Below are positions 47,915 through 61,978 of a stretch of DNA of 64,000 nucleotides, piece after piece. How positions within the stretch are numbered: position 1 is the stretch's first letter; each line of letters begins with the position of its first letter. Origin of the DNA: the human T2T-CHM13v2.0 reference genome, Homo sapiens; NCBI RefSeq assembly GCF_009914755.1, contig NC_060929.1. The stretch is one strand, 5' to 3'. The notes under the pieces were generated by a model. The model was not told where the DNA came from and did not search any database. It saw only the letters and a program-made list of their open reading frames with translations. A program made the translations under genes and the position numbers.

Positions 47915-48923
47915 AAAGCATAAATTTTTAAAGAAAAACTGTAATGTATCTCTTATTAGACTGCAGCCTTGTGCATAGCTTTCAAGTTATTTTTATTTAT
48001 CTACAAACTGGACTAGAACATAAATTCTTGTAGCTCCCTCCAATCATTTTTTTTTCCCACATGGACTTACTAAAAATGGGAAGTGCTCTTTTTAAAACCC
48101 TATGAGCTGAAGCTAGACAACTAAGTATAAATTTCAAGGGACAAGCCTCATGCATGATGTGTGGCCTACAGAAAGTTCATAAAACTGCCCACTACCAATC
48201 CCTAAAGAACTTCAAACTACAAACCAGAACAAGACATTGGTTACTTCATGCTGTGGACAGCATTTCCCAAGACAACAGAACAAAACAACACATCATAGTA
48301 AGATACTTGCCCCTCTTAAGTTTTCCTTGCTTATGTGTACTCTTTCTTTTTAACTTGGCAGCATAATGGTGTCATTAAAATATTATAATCAGAAACCTCT
48401 GTGGGTAATGACAAAATTTTATATCATATCAAACCTAGATCTTTACATGATCTAAGAGATCCTTTAGTTTTTTAGTCCATCTAGTGGATAACTTTGACAA
48501 CACCCTAATACAACATTTTATTCAAATTGTTCTAGTGATCCATTTTATTACATGCTGTGTTTTGATTTAATCTAATACTGGGATGTCAAATAATGAAATG
48601 ATTATCCAAACTACATAAAATAAAACAAGCCACATGTTTACAACAGATCTTACCTAGTTTCCCTTGATACTTTGATTTATTTAGTTGGTTGCCTTTAAGC
48701 CTGGATTCATGGCTTAAAACCCTTATGTAAGGGATTATCATATTATTATAAATTTCATTTTTTTTTTAACTTTCTTACAGGTTAACTGTCAAATTTCTGC
48801 AGAAATACGGCCCCTAACAGAATAATGCTGGTCCAGCACTTTCAGATTCTATCACTGTCTACAGACAGAACAAATTAAATTTAGTGATGGATTTCAGGTA
48901 GATTTAACCTGAGAGTTAATCTC

Positions 48924-51238
48924 TGTAATAGTCTGTTCTCACACTGCTAATACATACCTGAGACTGGGTAATTTATAAAGGAAGGAAGTTTAATTGACTC
49001 ATAGTTCCACATGGCTGAGGAGGCCTCACAATCGTGGCTGAAGGCGAATGAGGAGCAAAGTCACATCTTATGTGATGGCAGGCACAAGAGCTTGTGTAGG
49101 AGAACTCTCCATTATAAAACCATCAGATCTACTGAGACTTACTCACTATCACAAAAACAGCATAGGAAAGACCCACTCCCATGATTCAATTACCTTCCAT
49201 GACACATGGGATTTATAGGAGCTACAATTCAAGATGAGATTTGAGTGGAGACACAGCCAAACCATATAATTATGCTCCTGGCCCCTCCCAAATATCATGT
49301 CTTCAAATTTCAAAACCAATCACGTATTCCCAACAGTTCCCCCACTGTCTTAACTCATTTCAGCATTAACTCAAAAGTCTACAGTCCAAAATTTCATCCA
49401 AGGCAAGGCAAGTCCCTTCCACCTGTGAGCCTGTAAAATCAAAAGCAAGTTAGTTACTTCCTAGATGCAATGGGGATACAGGCATTGGATAAAACAGCCA
49501 TTCCAAATGGGAGAAATTGGCCAAAATGAAGAGGCTACAGGTCCCATGCAAGTCCAAAATCTAGCAGGGCAGTCAAATCTTAAAGTTCCAAAATGATCTC
49601 CTTTGACTCCATGTCTCACACCTGGGTCATGCTGATGCAAGATGTGGGTTCCCATGGTCTTGGGCAGCTCTGCCCCTGTGGCTTTACAGGGTACAGCCTC
49701 TTTCCTGGCTGCTTTCATGGGCTGGTGTTGAGTATCTACAGCTTTTCCAAGTGCACAGGGCAAGCTGTTGGTGGATCTACCATTCTGGGGTCTGAAGGAC
49801 AGTGGTCCTCTTCTTACTGTTCCACTAGGCAGTGCCCCAGTGAGGACTGTGTGTGGGGGCTCCAACCCTACATTCTCTTCTGCACTGCCCTAGCAGAGGT
49901 TCTCCTTGAGGGCACAGCCACTGTAGCAGACTTCTGCCTGGACATGCAAGCATTTCCATACATCTTCTCAAATCTAGGCGGAGGTTCCCAAACCTCAATT
50001 CTGACTTCTTTGCAGCCACAGGCCCAACACAATGTGGAAGCCACCAAGGCTTGGGCTTGCACATTCTGAAGCAGCAGCCTGAGCTGTATGTTGGCCTCTC
50101 TTAGCCATGGCTGGGATGCAGGGGACCAAGTCCCGAAACTGCACAAAGCAGCAAGGCCCTGAGCCCAGCCCATGAGACCATTTTTTCCTCCTTGGACTCC
50201 TAGCTTGTGATAGGAGAGGCTTCCATGAAGACCTCTGACATGCCCTGGAGACATTTTTCCCATTGTCTTGGAGATTAACATTTGGATCCTTGTTATTTAT
50301 GCAAATTTCTGCAGCCAGCTTGAGTTTCTCCTAATAGGTTTTTCCTTTCTATCTCATGGTCAGTCTGCAAATTTTCCAAACTTTTAAGCTCTGCTTCCCT
50401 TTTAAACATAAGTTCCAATTCCAAGCCATATCTCTGTGAATACATAAAACTGAATGCTTTTTACAGTACCTAAGTCATATCTTGAATGCTTTGCTGCTTA
50501 GAAAATTTTTTCTCCGGATGTCCTAAATCATCTCTCTCAAGTTCAAAGTTCCACAGATACCTATGGCAGGAGCAAAATCTCGCCAGTCTCTTTGCTAAAA
50601 CATAGCAAGAGTCACCTTTGCCTCACTTCACAACAAGTTCCTCATCTCCATCTTAGACCATGTATGTTTGAATTTATTGCCCATATTACTATCAGCATTT
50701 TGGCCAAAACCATTCAACAAGTCTGTAGGAAATTCCAAACTTTACCACATCTTCCTGTCTTCTTTTGAGCTCTTCAACTGTTCCAACCTCTGCCTTGTAC
50801 CCTGTTCCAAAGTCGCTTTCACATTATCAGGTATCTTTACAGCAGCACCCCACTCTACTGGTACCAATTTACTGTATTAGTCTCTTCTCACGCTGCTAAT
50901 AAAGACGTACCCAAGACTGGGTAGTTTATTTAAAAAAAAGACCTTTAATTGACTCACAGTTCTACATGGCTGGGGAGACCTCACAATCATGGCAGAAAGT
51001 CAATGAGGAGCAAAGTCATGTCTTACATGGCGGCAGAAAAAAGAGCTTTTGTAGGGGAACTCTCCATTATAAAACCAGCAGATCTCATGAGACTTACTTA
51101 CTATCATGAGAATAGCACAAGAAAGACCCACCCCCGTAATTCAATTACCTCCCACCAGGTGGCTCTCAGGACATGTGAGAATTATGGGAGCTACAAATCA
51201 AGATGAGATTTGGGTGGGGACACAGCCAAACCACATCA
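48924..51238 (-). mobile_element. Complete THE1C-like MaLR element (LTR 48924-49269, internal 49270-50872, LTR 50873-51238)
   Basis: Two homologous LTRs around a ~1.6-kb THE1-int; TSD atctc/ctctc; accounts for ORFs 49245-50880. Confidence 0.92.
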
Positions 51239-52209
51239 CTCTCCAAATTTCTCTTGTTGCACAAATATTGTTAAAAGGGTTTTGATACTGAATCTAGTCA
51301 ACAATCACTTTCCTCTGATGTGGGACCAGGCCAGTAACCCAGGATAGATTCATTCTGCCAGCAAGAAATAATCAAAACCTAACCACAGATGGTTGATCAG
51401 AATTGATTTTAGAGAAAGATTCTGATCAAAAGAGAAAAGTGTGAAACTTGTCAAAAGCAAAAGAGTCATTTATGGCAGACCCTGGCAAAAACAAAGTCAG
51501 CAGGTCATGAAGGGTAAGTTCTCATGCACCAATGCCTGACAAGAACCATCACCAAATATCCTGCAAAAACCACAATCTTGTACCATTATCAACCTTACAC
51601 AAAAGGGCCATATCAACCTTTTGCAAAAAATCCTTCTGCAAGAACATCTGCTCAGCAACTGCCTTTTCAACCTTAGGCTGATGCCAGTCTTATTGACCCT
51701 TATAGTCAAGGATAACTGTTTCAAAACAATTTATGTAATCATCCTTATTTTTCCTTTTAAAATCTTTGTCTTCTTTTACTTTTCTGACTACACCTATGTG
51801 TGTTCTCATTGCAATGCTCCTTCTGATATAAGTATCTTTTTTTTTTTGAGAGTCTCAGTGTCTGCTATTTAGGTTGATGATGTAATATTTTATTTTACAT
51901 TTCCTTTTGTATTTTTTGTAATATCTCTTTTAAAAGGAATTATGGTAGTTATTTACTACTTTCTTCTGTTTGAGGGTAAATTAATTATTGTTCTTTTGTC
52001 TCCTTTTTAAAAATGTGTGAGTAATTTAGGCTTTCTGTCGCCCTAAAGAAACCATTAATTTCTGAGAGGCACTCAGATATTATATTCCCTTTGGGCTTGA
52101 AATATATAATTCATGTAAAAATAGTTGCATTTATCCCATCTCTTAGAAATTTTCTAAGGTCTTAATCTGTGATTTGGCTCTAGTAAAAAACAAATACAGT
52201 ACTTATTCT

Positions 52210-53155
52210 CAACAGGGGCTACACTTATTTTCTGAAACAGTAATACTTCATAACAAACAAAACCAACACCTCAGTGGGTTACAATAAGTATTTCCTTTTG
52301 CTCAGGATGCTTAGTAGAAACCACACAGGCCATGCATAGATTCATGAACAAAGGTAAATACCTATTGTTGTAAGCCACTGAGGTGTTAATGTTGTTTGTG
52401 AGGAAGCATTCTTGTGTGGTTTCTACTAACCTGGTCCAGGCTATGCAGATGTCAGCTGTGTTTGCTCATATGGTTTTGGTCAGCCAAGAGTTTGTTGAGA
52501 ACTGGCTGAGGTAGAATAGACTTCAATCAGCTGTGGTAAAGTAAAAGCTTTAGATAAATTAAATTTAACAGAATCTATTTGATCAAAGAAGAATTCATGA
52601 AGCAGGTGTCGCTCTGAACTGGAAGAAGTTCAGAGAGCTGTGCTGGGCAGCCTGAGCAGTGAGCTTTGAAAGGTTGACCGCTGAAGTAGGGAAATCATCT
52701 GATTGGTTACAGCCGTATTTGGGCATGAGCTGATCAGTTAGATGTCTGTGATTGGCTGAAGGTTGGCTGTTTGTGATTGACTGAAACCCAGCTGTTATAC
52801 AATTATACTTATGTAAGATAAGTTTTAGTTTATTTAGGTATTAAACTGGGTGGTTGTTTGTTACCTAAGAATTCAAAGTATGGAGATGACCTCAGGCCCA
52901 GCGGCCTGCAGCTTATTTAATGTAATAACTGAGACTCACTTGTCTCTGTTCTCTGTGGTTTCAGATAAGCCAGGCCTTGAAATCTTTGCAGTGACAGAAA
53001 TAATGCTTATTTTATGTTTGTTCCACCCTGTTGGATAAAGTAAGTAACAGGGCAGAGCTTAGGATAAGAGTCACAGAAGACAACAAAGTAAAAGAGCCAA
53101 GGTATGACTCTATGGAGGCCATTGACTGGTGCCATTAAAGTAACTGATCTACCAG
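52210..53155 (-). mobile_element. Old MLT1-type LTR fragments split by an ERV1 LTR
   Basis: cataacaaacaa..cctcagtgggttacaataagtattt..; gttggataaagtaagtaacagggcagag..; weak, decayed similarity. Confidence 0.45.
52534..52927 (-). mobile_element. MER57E/MER93-like ERV1 solo LTR
   Basis: aaattaaatttaacagaatctatttgatcaaagaagaattcatgaa, repeated gattgg; TSD gctg/actg. Confidence 0.55.
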
Positions 53156-53316
53156 AGAAGCCACTTCTAGAAATCCTAAATATCAGAATTTTATTTTTGG
53201 TAGAAGAAATTGCCTTACAGGTAATTAAATAATTAAGTGATAATTTTATTAAGATATCACAGAAGATTTTAACAGTTAGGTATGAAGAAATATTTACCAG
53301 TTCACAATTAAATTAA

Positions 53317-53645
<329 letters not shown>

Positions 53646-53684
53646 AACATTTTTAATTCTGATTTTTAAAAATTAATAATCTTT

Positions 53685-54550
53685 GCTTTTTAAAGTAGAT
53701 TTAGGTTTACAGGAAAACAGAACAGAAAGTAGAGAAAGTTTCTTCCAATATCCTCGCTTTCCCCCAAATTCAGTTTCTCCTATTGGCAAAATCTTGTATG
53801 TGCACTGATCATTAGTTACAAACAATGAACTAATGTCGATACATTATTACTAACTGAACTCCATACCTACATCAGTGCTGTTTGTGTCGCATAGTTCTCT
53901 GAGTGTTGCCAAATGCATAATGCCATGTATCTACCATTAGAGTATCATACATTAACTTCCCTAAAAATCCCTGTATTCTACCTATTTGTTCCTCCTCTCT
54001 CCAACCCAACTCCTGGCAACCACTCTTCATTTTACTTAGTTTTGCCTTTTCTAGTATGTCATACATTTGAAAGCAAAGAACACATAGGCTCTTGAGATTG
54101 GCTTCTTTCAATTATTGATAAACATTTAATGTTTCCCTATGTCTTGTTGTGACTTGAAAGATCATTTCATTATATCACTGAATAAAATTGCACTGTGTAG
54201 ACGCATCATCGTTGGTTTCTCTATTCAGCCATTGAGAACATCTTGGTTGTTTCTAGTTCTGGCTATTGTGAATGAATTGTTATAAACACTTATGTAAAGG
54301 TTTTTGTGTGGACAAGTGTTTGCAACTGATTTGGGTGAATACCTAGGAGTGTGATTGCTGGATCGTGAGGTAAGACTCTACAGTTTTGTGAGAAACTGCA
54401 AAACTGTCTTCTAAAGTGACTGTACTATTTCACATTCCCACCAGCAATGAATGAGAATTCTTGTTTCTCCACATCCCCACTAGCAATTGACATTATCAGT
54501 ATTTTTATTTTACGTCATTCTAATATATGTGTGGTGGCATCTCACTTTTG
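53685..54550 (-). mobile_element. L1MC/MD-type 3' end
   Basis: ttaggtttacaggaaaa..acaatgaactaatgtcgatacattattactaact..cacattcccaccagcaatgaatgaga. Confidence 0.8.
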
Positions 54551-55566
54551 TATATATTTAATTTTTTAACATTTTAAAATCATACACATTTAATTAAATA
54601 TATTTTTAAGTAGAGATTATCATTCTTGTGTGTATCACTCTCTTGTACTTAATTATGCTACCTTTACTTGGGGTTCAACTGTTTATGAAAGCTAACAATT
54701 ATGTAAAATTCCTAAGTTTTTCAAGCATAAGAAACATGATTGAGTCAGGATTATTTTGGATACAGCAATTTTTTTTGTATACAGCATTTTTCATAATGCT
54801 TTAGAAAACCTCCGTCATTGTTTCAACCAATAAATATTTTTATCATGTCAAACATATTTCAGGCACTGTGCTAGGCACTGAAGAAGCAACAGCAAAAAGA
54901 ACAGCAAAAATAAAGCCATAAAAATAAGTCTTTCTTGCTGGAAAACCATTTCTCAACTGCACAGCTACAAAAACAAAAAAAAAGGAAAAAGGAAATTAAT
55001 TTTTCTCCAGAGCAGCACAAGTATGTATGTGATTTTGGGACATAAGTCATAAAGTTGTAAAACTGCCTCTGTCGCATAAAAGATCCAACTAGGTTGATCC
55101 AGATAAATCTAAATAAATCAACTGATGCTATCAATTCACTAGAATGAATTTTCATTTTCACAAACTTATGTGCTGCACCTAACTAGATATTTATAAAAAT
55201 CAATATTGATTTTTAATGAATCAACACATAATAGTATCAGTATATCATTTAAAACAATATCCAAATATAAGCAGCACTGACAACTTGGAAAGTTGACGCA
55301 GCCTTATAAAAAGAACAACATGATAAATAATTGAAACTACTATAATGAATTCAGTCAGATGCTAAATAAAAAACTGTCTTCCTAAAAGTTGGAATAGAGA
55401 ATGTCATTTTCTTAATAACCCTCATATTTTCTGAATTAAGTCAAGACTTTAAGTCTTAATATCCTCATTTTTAAAATGTAAATACATGGCATGCAAGTAA
55501 AATTTGCAAATGGTTGCATGTGGAAAAGTCTTTTCACCTCTAACTGTATCATTTTATGTTCTAATA

Positions 55567-55791
55567 CAGTGATTTTCAAACCACGTACTACATTTAACTT
55601 TTCGATCACATAATCAATTTAATGGGTTGTGCCTGGACCTTAAAAATGGAATAAAATAGTCAACATTAGAACAGGGAAAAATAGAATAAAAATATGAGAG
55701 CGAGAGTGTCCTGTTTTATATAATATGTATGTATTTATCAATTTACAATGTAGTTTTAAACTATAGGCATAAACAAAAATGGAAAACCATT
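55567..55791. mobile_element. hAT-Charlie MITE relic (MER102/MER103-like)
   Basis: TIR-like cagtgattttcaaac ... ggaaaaccatt; internal aatcaatttaatgggt. Confidence 0.45.
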
Positions 55792-56516
55792 ACCTGGAAG
55801 TTACCACAAATAGCCTGAGGAAGAGCTATTGGCATTGTTTCAAAACCTATTTATTCCTCTTTTGAGGATATTTAAGAATATAATTCACAGTTTTATTGGC
55901 TCCTTTTAATTATGAATTATTTTTTATTAAGTTTGCTAAGACAGTTTAGAGAATTATTAAGATATTGTCATAGATTTTATTGATTCACTAAATATTAAAT
56001 CAAATAAACAAGGAAACATAATTATAATCACCAATAGGTAGAGAAAACCATGCAAGCACAAACTAGCAACAAAACAAAATATGTGGAGCATAAAAAAATT
56101 AAAAATGAAAAGCATGATTAATCACGTGTAGAATGTAACTGTTCACATAAAATTAGCATCAGAGAATAGAGCAGAAGGTGCTTTGGGCCGTTTTATCACG
56201 AATGGCTTATACAGTGCTGCGTGACAATAAACAACTATTAGATGAACATATGAAGATGTAGTACGATACACATTCACTTATCCATGTGTTAATCTCCATG
56301 TCAATCTAGGCTAAGATATGAGTTTATACAATCTGATAATTGCAGAAGTCTCATTTTCTTCCTAACTTGCTGGAGTTCACATTTTTGTTAAAACATTTCA
56401 AATGCATCAATATGAGCTAATGCCTATTTATCATATGTGAAAACTTTCACCTCTTAATTAGCTAATTCAGCCACACACTTCGCTTATGTGTCCACAGTTA
56501 TAGGGCATTGTTCTAG

Positions 56517-56736
56517 GATAGTTGTTTGGCAAACTCCAGCTTTAGACAAAATCCTTCTCTCAGCTTGTTTTTATTAGTATAGTTGTATTTGGACACACCC
56601 CTACCCATTATTTTATCTATTGTCTACAGCTGCTTCTGTTGTACAATGCTGAGATTGAGTAGCTGCAACATAAACCATATGTGGCCAGCACAACATAAAT
56701 ATTTATTCCGTGGCCATTTTCAGAAAGTGTTTGTCT
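56517..56736 (-). mobile_element. MER58A
   Basis: tattgtctacagctgcttctgttgtacaatgctgagattgagtagctgcaaca..atatttattccgtggccattttcagaaagtgtttg. Confidence 0.8.
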
Positions 56737-57039
56737 GGAAGCTAAGAATAAAAGAAACATAAGATAAGTTAGATTCTTTCAGGTGCTCTCTGTCTAGATA
56801 AAGAGTCGGGAAAAAAAAAACACATGAAAAACATATAAATACAGTGAGATAAGTGTAATAAAAGACACAAGTAGGGGGGCTATGGAAACCTGAGTTACCT
56901 GGGGATGATTTCTGAAAGGTATCCAAGCAAAAGTGACACTTAAATTTAATCTTAAAACTTATTGTGTGAACTATTTACTCTCAATTTTTTATAAATATGC
57001 ATTTCTCTTTAAACGAATGATTAGTTGTGTGTGGCTTTT

Positions 57040-58550
57040 TTTCCATTGTAAGATTCAGTCTGTCATAGTGTGAAACAAGTGACTTTTCCAAGAACTTGCT
57101 TTTGCCTTAACAGTCACTTATTTCATTCTTTTCGGCTGAGATACAATATTCATTGTGTGAATACACCACATTTTGCTTATGCGGCTGAGACACAATATTC
57201 CCTGTGTGAATAAAATGTAGTTTGAAGGGTGTTTGGTTTCAGGTTTTTGCTCTCCTGAGCTGTTGTTACATGTCTCCCTTGGTACTTACGTAATCATTTA
57301 TTGTAGATATAAAACTTGGAATACAGTTTATGCACCACAGTTTTTCAAGTATACCTCTTTACAAACTTTTTTCAGAATTATAGTAGTTATTTTTTTGAGT
57401 AAGAAATACACTTGTTTGGTAGCCTATTAAGATATGAGATTATTGTTATCACAGTATTCTTGCAATCCTAATAAAATGGTTTTGTCACTTTACACTCTGC
57501 CAGTGGTGAATAAGAAAGACTGTGGCCTCACATCGTCTCCAATACTTGTTATTGAATGCTGTGATAAGCAGAACAATGGAACCCTAAAGTTATCCATATT
57601 CAAATCTTCAATTCAAATGTGACTATGTTATGAAACACTGGAAGCAGGGAGAGACATAGGTTGCAGATGTGATTGAGGAGGCTAATCAGTTGATCTAGAC
57701 ATAAAAAGAGATGTACAATTACCTGCAATTCAATGTAATCCTATGGGCTCTTTATATATGGAAGAAGGAGACAGGGGAATTGTCAAAATGATGTGATGTG
57801 ATGTAATGTGAGAAAGACTCAATGGACATTTCTGCCTTCAAAGATGGAAGGGAGCCATGGGCCAACGACTGCAGATCATCTGTAAGAGCTACAAAAGAAA
57901 AGAAAATGTACTGTCTCTTAGAAACTTCAGTAAGAAACACTACCCAGACAACACTTTAATTTAGCACTGTGAGACCTGTGAGGTTTTTGAGTCCTGTAAC
58001 TTTAAAATTATAAACATGTATTGTTTAAGGTACTAAGATTATGGTGATTTTAAAAACAGCTTTCATAGGAAACTAATACAAATTCCTTTTCAATTTCTGC
58101 CAGTTAAATTAATAATTACATTGGCTTGCATGTCCCTTATTATTAGCCAGGTTAGAAATATCTTCAAATATGTATTGACCTTCATCAGATTCTTTCTTCT
58201 GGGAAATTTTTGTTAAAGCTCTTTGCCCAATCTCTTTTCATTTTTCTATTTTTTCCAATTTTCTTATCAAATTGAAAAAATTCTATACGTGTCTTTAACA
58301 ATTTTTCTTCCTTTTAAAAACTGCAAATATCTTCTATTTTGTAGCTCCTTGTTTGTTAATTTCCTTACGGTGAACTTCTATGAAAAGAGGTCTTGACTGA
58401 AACATAAATAAATTTTTATATACTCTGTTTAGTGATTTGAAATACTATTTGCCTACCCCAATATTAACAAAATTTACTACTTAGATACTTGAAGTTTTAT
58501 TTCCATTATCAAAGTTCTAATCAATTTGAAGTTGATTTTTATATATTTGT
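57040..58550 (-). mobile_element. Ancient L1ME-type 3' region (split by MLT1D); resumes at ~63570-64000
   Basis: tattcattgtgtgaatacaccacattt, ctctttgcccaa, tgcaaatatcttct, gttgatttttata; antisense ORF2 motifs at 63700-63960. Confidence 0.65.
57558..58080 (+). mobile_element. MLT1D-like solo LTR
   Basis: tgtgataagcagaacaatgg..ttgcagatgtgatt..ttcaaagatggaagggagccatg..cataggaaactaataca. Confidence 0.8.
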
Positions 58551-59139
58551 ATATCATTTAAAACAATATCCAAATATAAGCATTCCAGGTATACTTTTAC
58601 ATTTTATATATATACTGAATTTTTAATTTTTAATTGTTAATTTTTGTGGGTACATATCATGTGTATGTGTTTATGTATATGATATACTTAATATGAGATT
58701 TTTGACATAGGCATACAAAGTGTATAAATCACATCAGGGTAAATTGAGGTATTCATCACTTCAAGCATATATGCTGTGTTACGAACAATCCAAGTATTCT
58801 TTTTTAGTGATTTAAAAATATAAAATTACATTAATATTGACTATACACACCCTGTTGTGCCATCAAATTCTAGATCTTATTCATTTTTTCTAACTATTTT
58901 TTTATAGACATGAACCATCCCTACTTCCCCCGACCTACCCACTACACTTCTCTTCCTCTGGTAACCATCATTCTACTGTCTCCATGAGTTCAATTGTTTA
59001 AATTCACAGCTCCCACAAATAAGTGTGAACATGCAAAGTTTGTCTTTCAGTGCCTGGTCTATTTCACTTAACATAATGACCTCCAATCTCATACATGTTA
59101 TTGCAAATGACAGGATCTCATTTTTTTATTGCCAAATAG

Positions 59140-59802
<663 letters not shown>

Positions 59803-60183
59803 GGATGAAAGCAATTTTAACTAGTGCAAGATGGTATCTTAGAGTAGTTTTCACTTCTAATTCTCTGATTATCCATGATGTTGAGAACCTTTTTTCATTC
59901 AGCAAAACTATGTCTTTTGATTAGAGAGTTTAGTTTATTTTCATTCAATCTAATTATTGTTAAGTAAGGACTTATTCCTGCCATTTTGTTATTTATTTTC
60001 TGTTTTAAGCCTTCTCTTCCTTCTTTTATGTTTTCCTTTTGAAGATGATTGTCTATGGCAGTATATTTTAATTTATTGCTTTTTATTATTTTTGTTTCTG
60101 TCATATTGTTTTTTATTTGAGGTTAAGGCTTTAAATTAATATTTTATAATTTATTATGTTTCACTGATAAAAAGTTTACAGTA

Positions 60184-60529
<346 letters not shown>

Positions 60530-61061
60530 CCGAAAACAAAAACTTAACACTGATTCCTTAAACCAATAAACTAACATGCAAGCAAAGAGAAAACCAGTAA
60601 CAACTTTACAGTTTTACCATGTCTCCTCACTTTTTAACATTTTGTTATTTCTATTAATATCTTATTATACTGACTATACCTTTAAAATTTGTCAGTTATT
60701 ATTTTTTATTGGTTCATCTTTCAGTCTTTCTACTTAAGATATGAGTAGTTTACACACCACAATTAGAGAGTAATAATATTCTGTGTTTTTGTGTATACTT
60801 AATATTATCAGTGAGTTTTGTACCTTCAGACGTTTTCTTATTGCTTAAAACATCCTTTTCTTTCAGATAGAAGAATTTCCATTAGCATTTCTTGTAAGAC
60901 AGGTCTGGTATTAACGAAATCCCTTAACTAGTGTTTGTTTGTAGAAGTCTTTATTTTTCTTCATGTTTGAAGGATTTTTCACCAAATATACTACTCTAGG
61001 GTAAAATATTTCTTCCTTCAGCACATTAAATACATCACATCACTGTTTCCTGGCCTGTAAC

Positions 61062-61487
61062 TGAAAGTGACCCAGTAGTCCCATAGACTGTTCTTTTGGA
61101 TAAACATAGAAATGGACCCTTCTGCTGTTAAAGCATGAAACCTGTTTTTTGTTTTATCTGAGTTTCTTCCTCAGGAAAGGACGTTCAGGCCTCTCAAGAA
61201 AGTATCAAAGTACTGAAACTCACCAAATGCTACACCTCTCATTCATCATGATTGATTTTTGCTCCTCCCTAGTTCTGGTTTTCTGTCACATTGTTACATT
61301 TCTTCTCTTCTATATAAACCCCTAGTTTTAGTCAGTCAGGGTGATGGATTTGAGACTGAGTGCCCATCTCCTCAGCTGCAGCAACCGATTAAAGCCTTCT
61401 TCCTTGGCAATACCTGTAATCTCAGCAATTGGCCTTCTGTGCGGTGAGCAGCAGGAACTAGACCGAAACCCTGGTATTTCAGTAATG
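61062..61487 (+). mobile_element. LTR47-like solo LTR inserted in L1 ORF1
   Basis: tgaaagtgacccagtagtcccatagac..tatataaaccc..attaaagccttcttccttggcaatac; L1 resumes on both sides (ggcctgtaa / gcttccactgaaaa). Confidence 0.6.
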
Positions 61488-61678
61488 TAATGCTTCCACT
61501 GAAAATTCTTGCTGCAAGTTTTAATGGAGCTCCATTGTATGTTATTTGTTTATACTCTGTAGCTGCTTTTAGAATTCATTCTTTATCCTTGACCTTTGAA
61601 AATTTGAAAATTTGATTAGTAATTGCCTCGAGGTAGTCCTCTTTGGGTTAAATATGCTTGTTGTTCTATAACTTTATT

Positions 61679-61978
61679 TCTTTTTTGTTTTTTTTTTTTT
61701 TGAGATGGAGTGTCGCTCCATCGCCCAGGCTGGAGTGCAGTGGCACAATCTCGGCTTACTGCAAGCTTGGCCTCCCGGGTTCACGTCATTCTCCTGCCTG
61801 TCTCCCGAGCTGGGACTATAGGCACCTGCCACCACACCTGGCTAATTTTTTGTATTTTTTAGTAGAGACAGGGTTTCACCGTATTAGCCAGGATGGTCTC
61901 GATCTCCTGACCTCGTGATCTGCCCACCTTGGCCTCCCAAAGTGCTCGGATTACAGGTGTGAGCCGCCATGCCCGGCC
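61679..61978 (-). mobile_element. AluY
   Basis: AluY diagnostics; TSD aacttt(a/c)tt. Confidence 0.92.

Noticed and set aside
49245-50880. 130-160 aa ORFs on both strands
   Set aside because: THE1 internal sequence; no intact product.
50960-50990. PRDM9 hotspot motif in THE1 LTRs
   Set aside because: The site reads gtctccccagccatg on the sense strand, not CCTCCCTNNCCAC; the THE1 copy at 32348 also lacks it.
57134-57212. Small tandem duplications (also ~10925-10968, ~23130-23161, ~31622-31653)
   Set aside because: Ordinary local slippage duplications inside decayed repeats.
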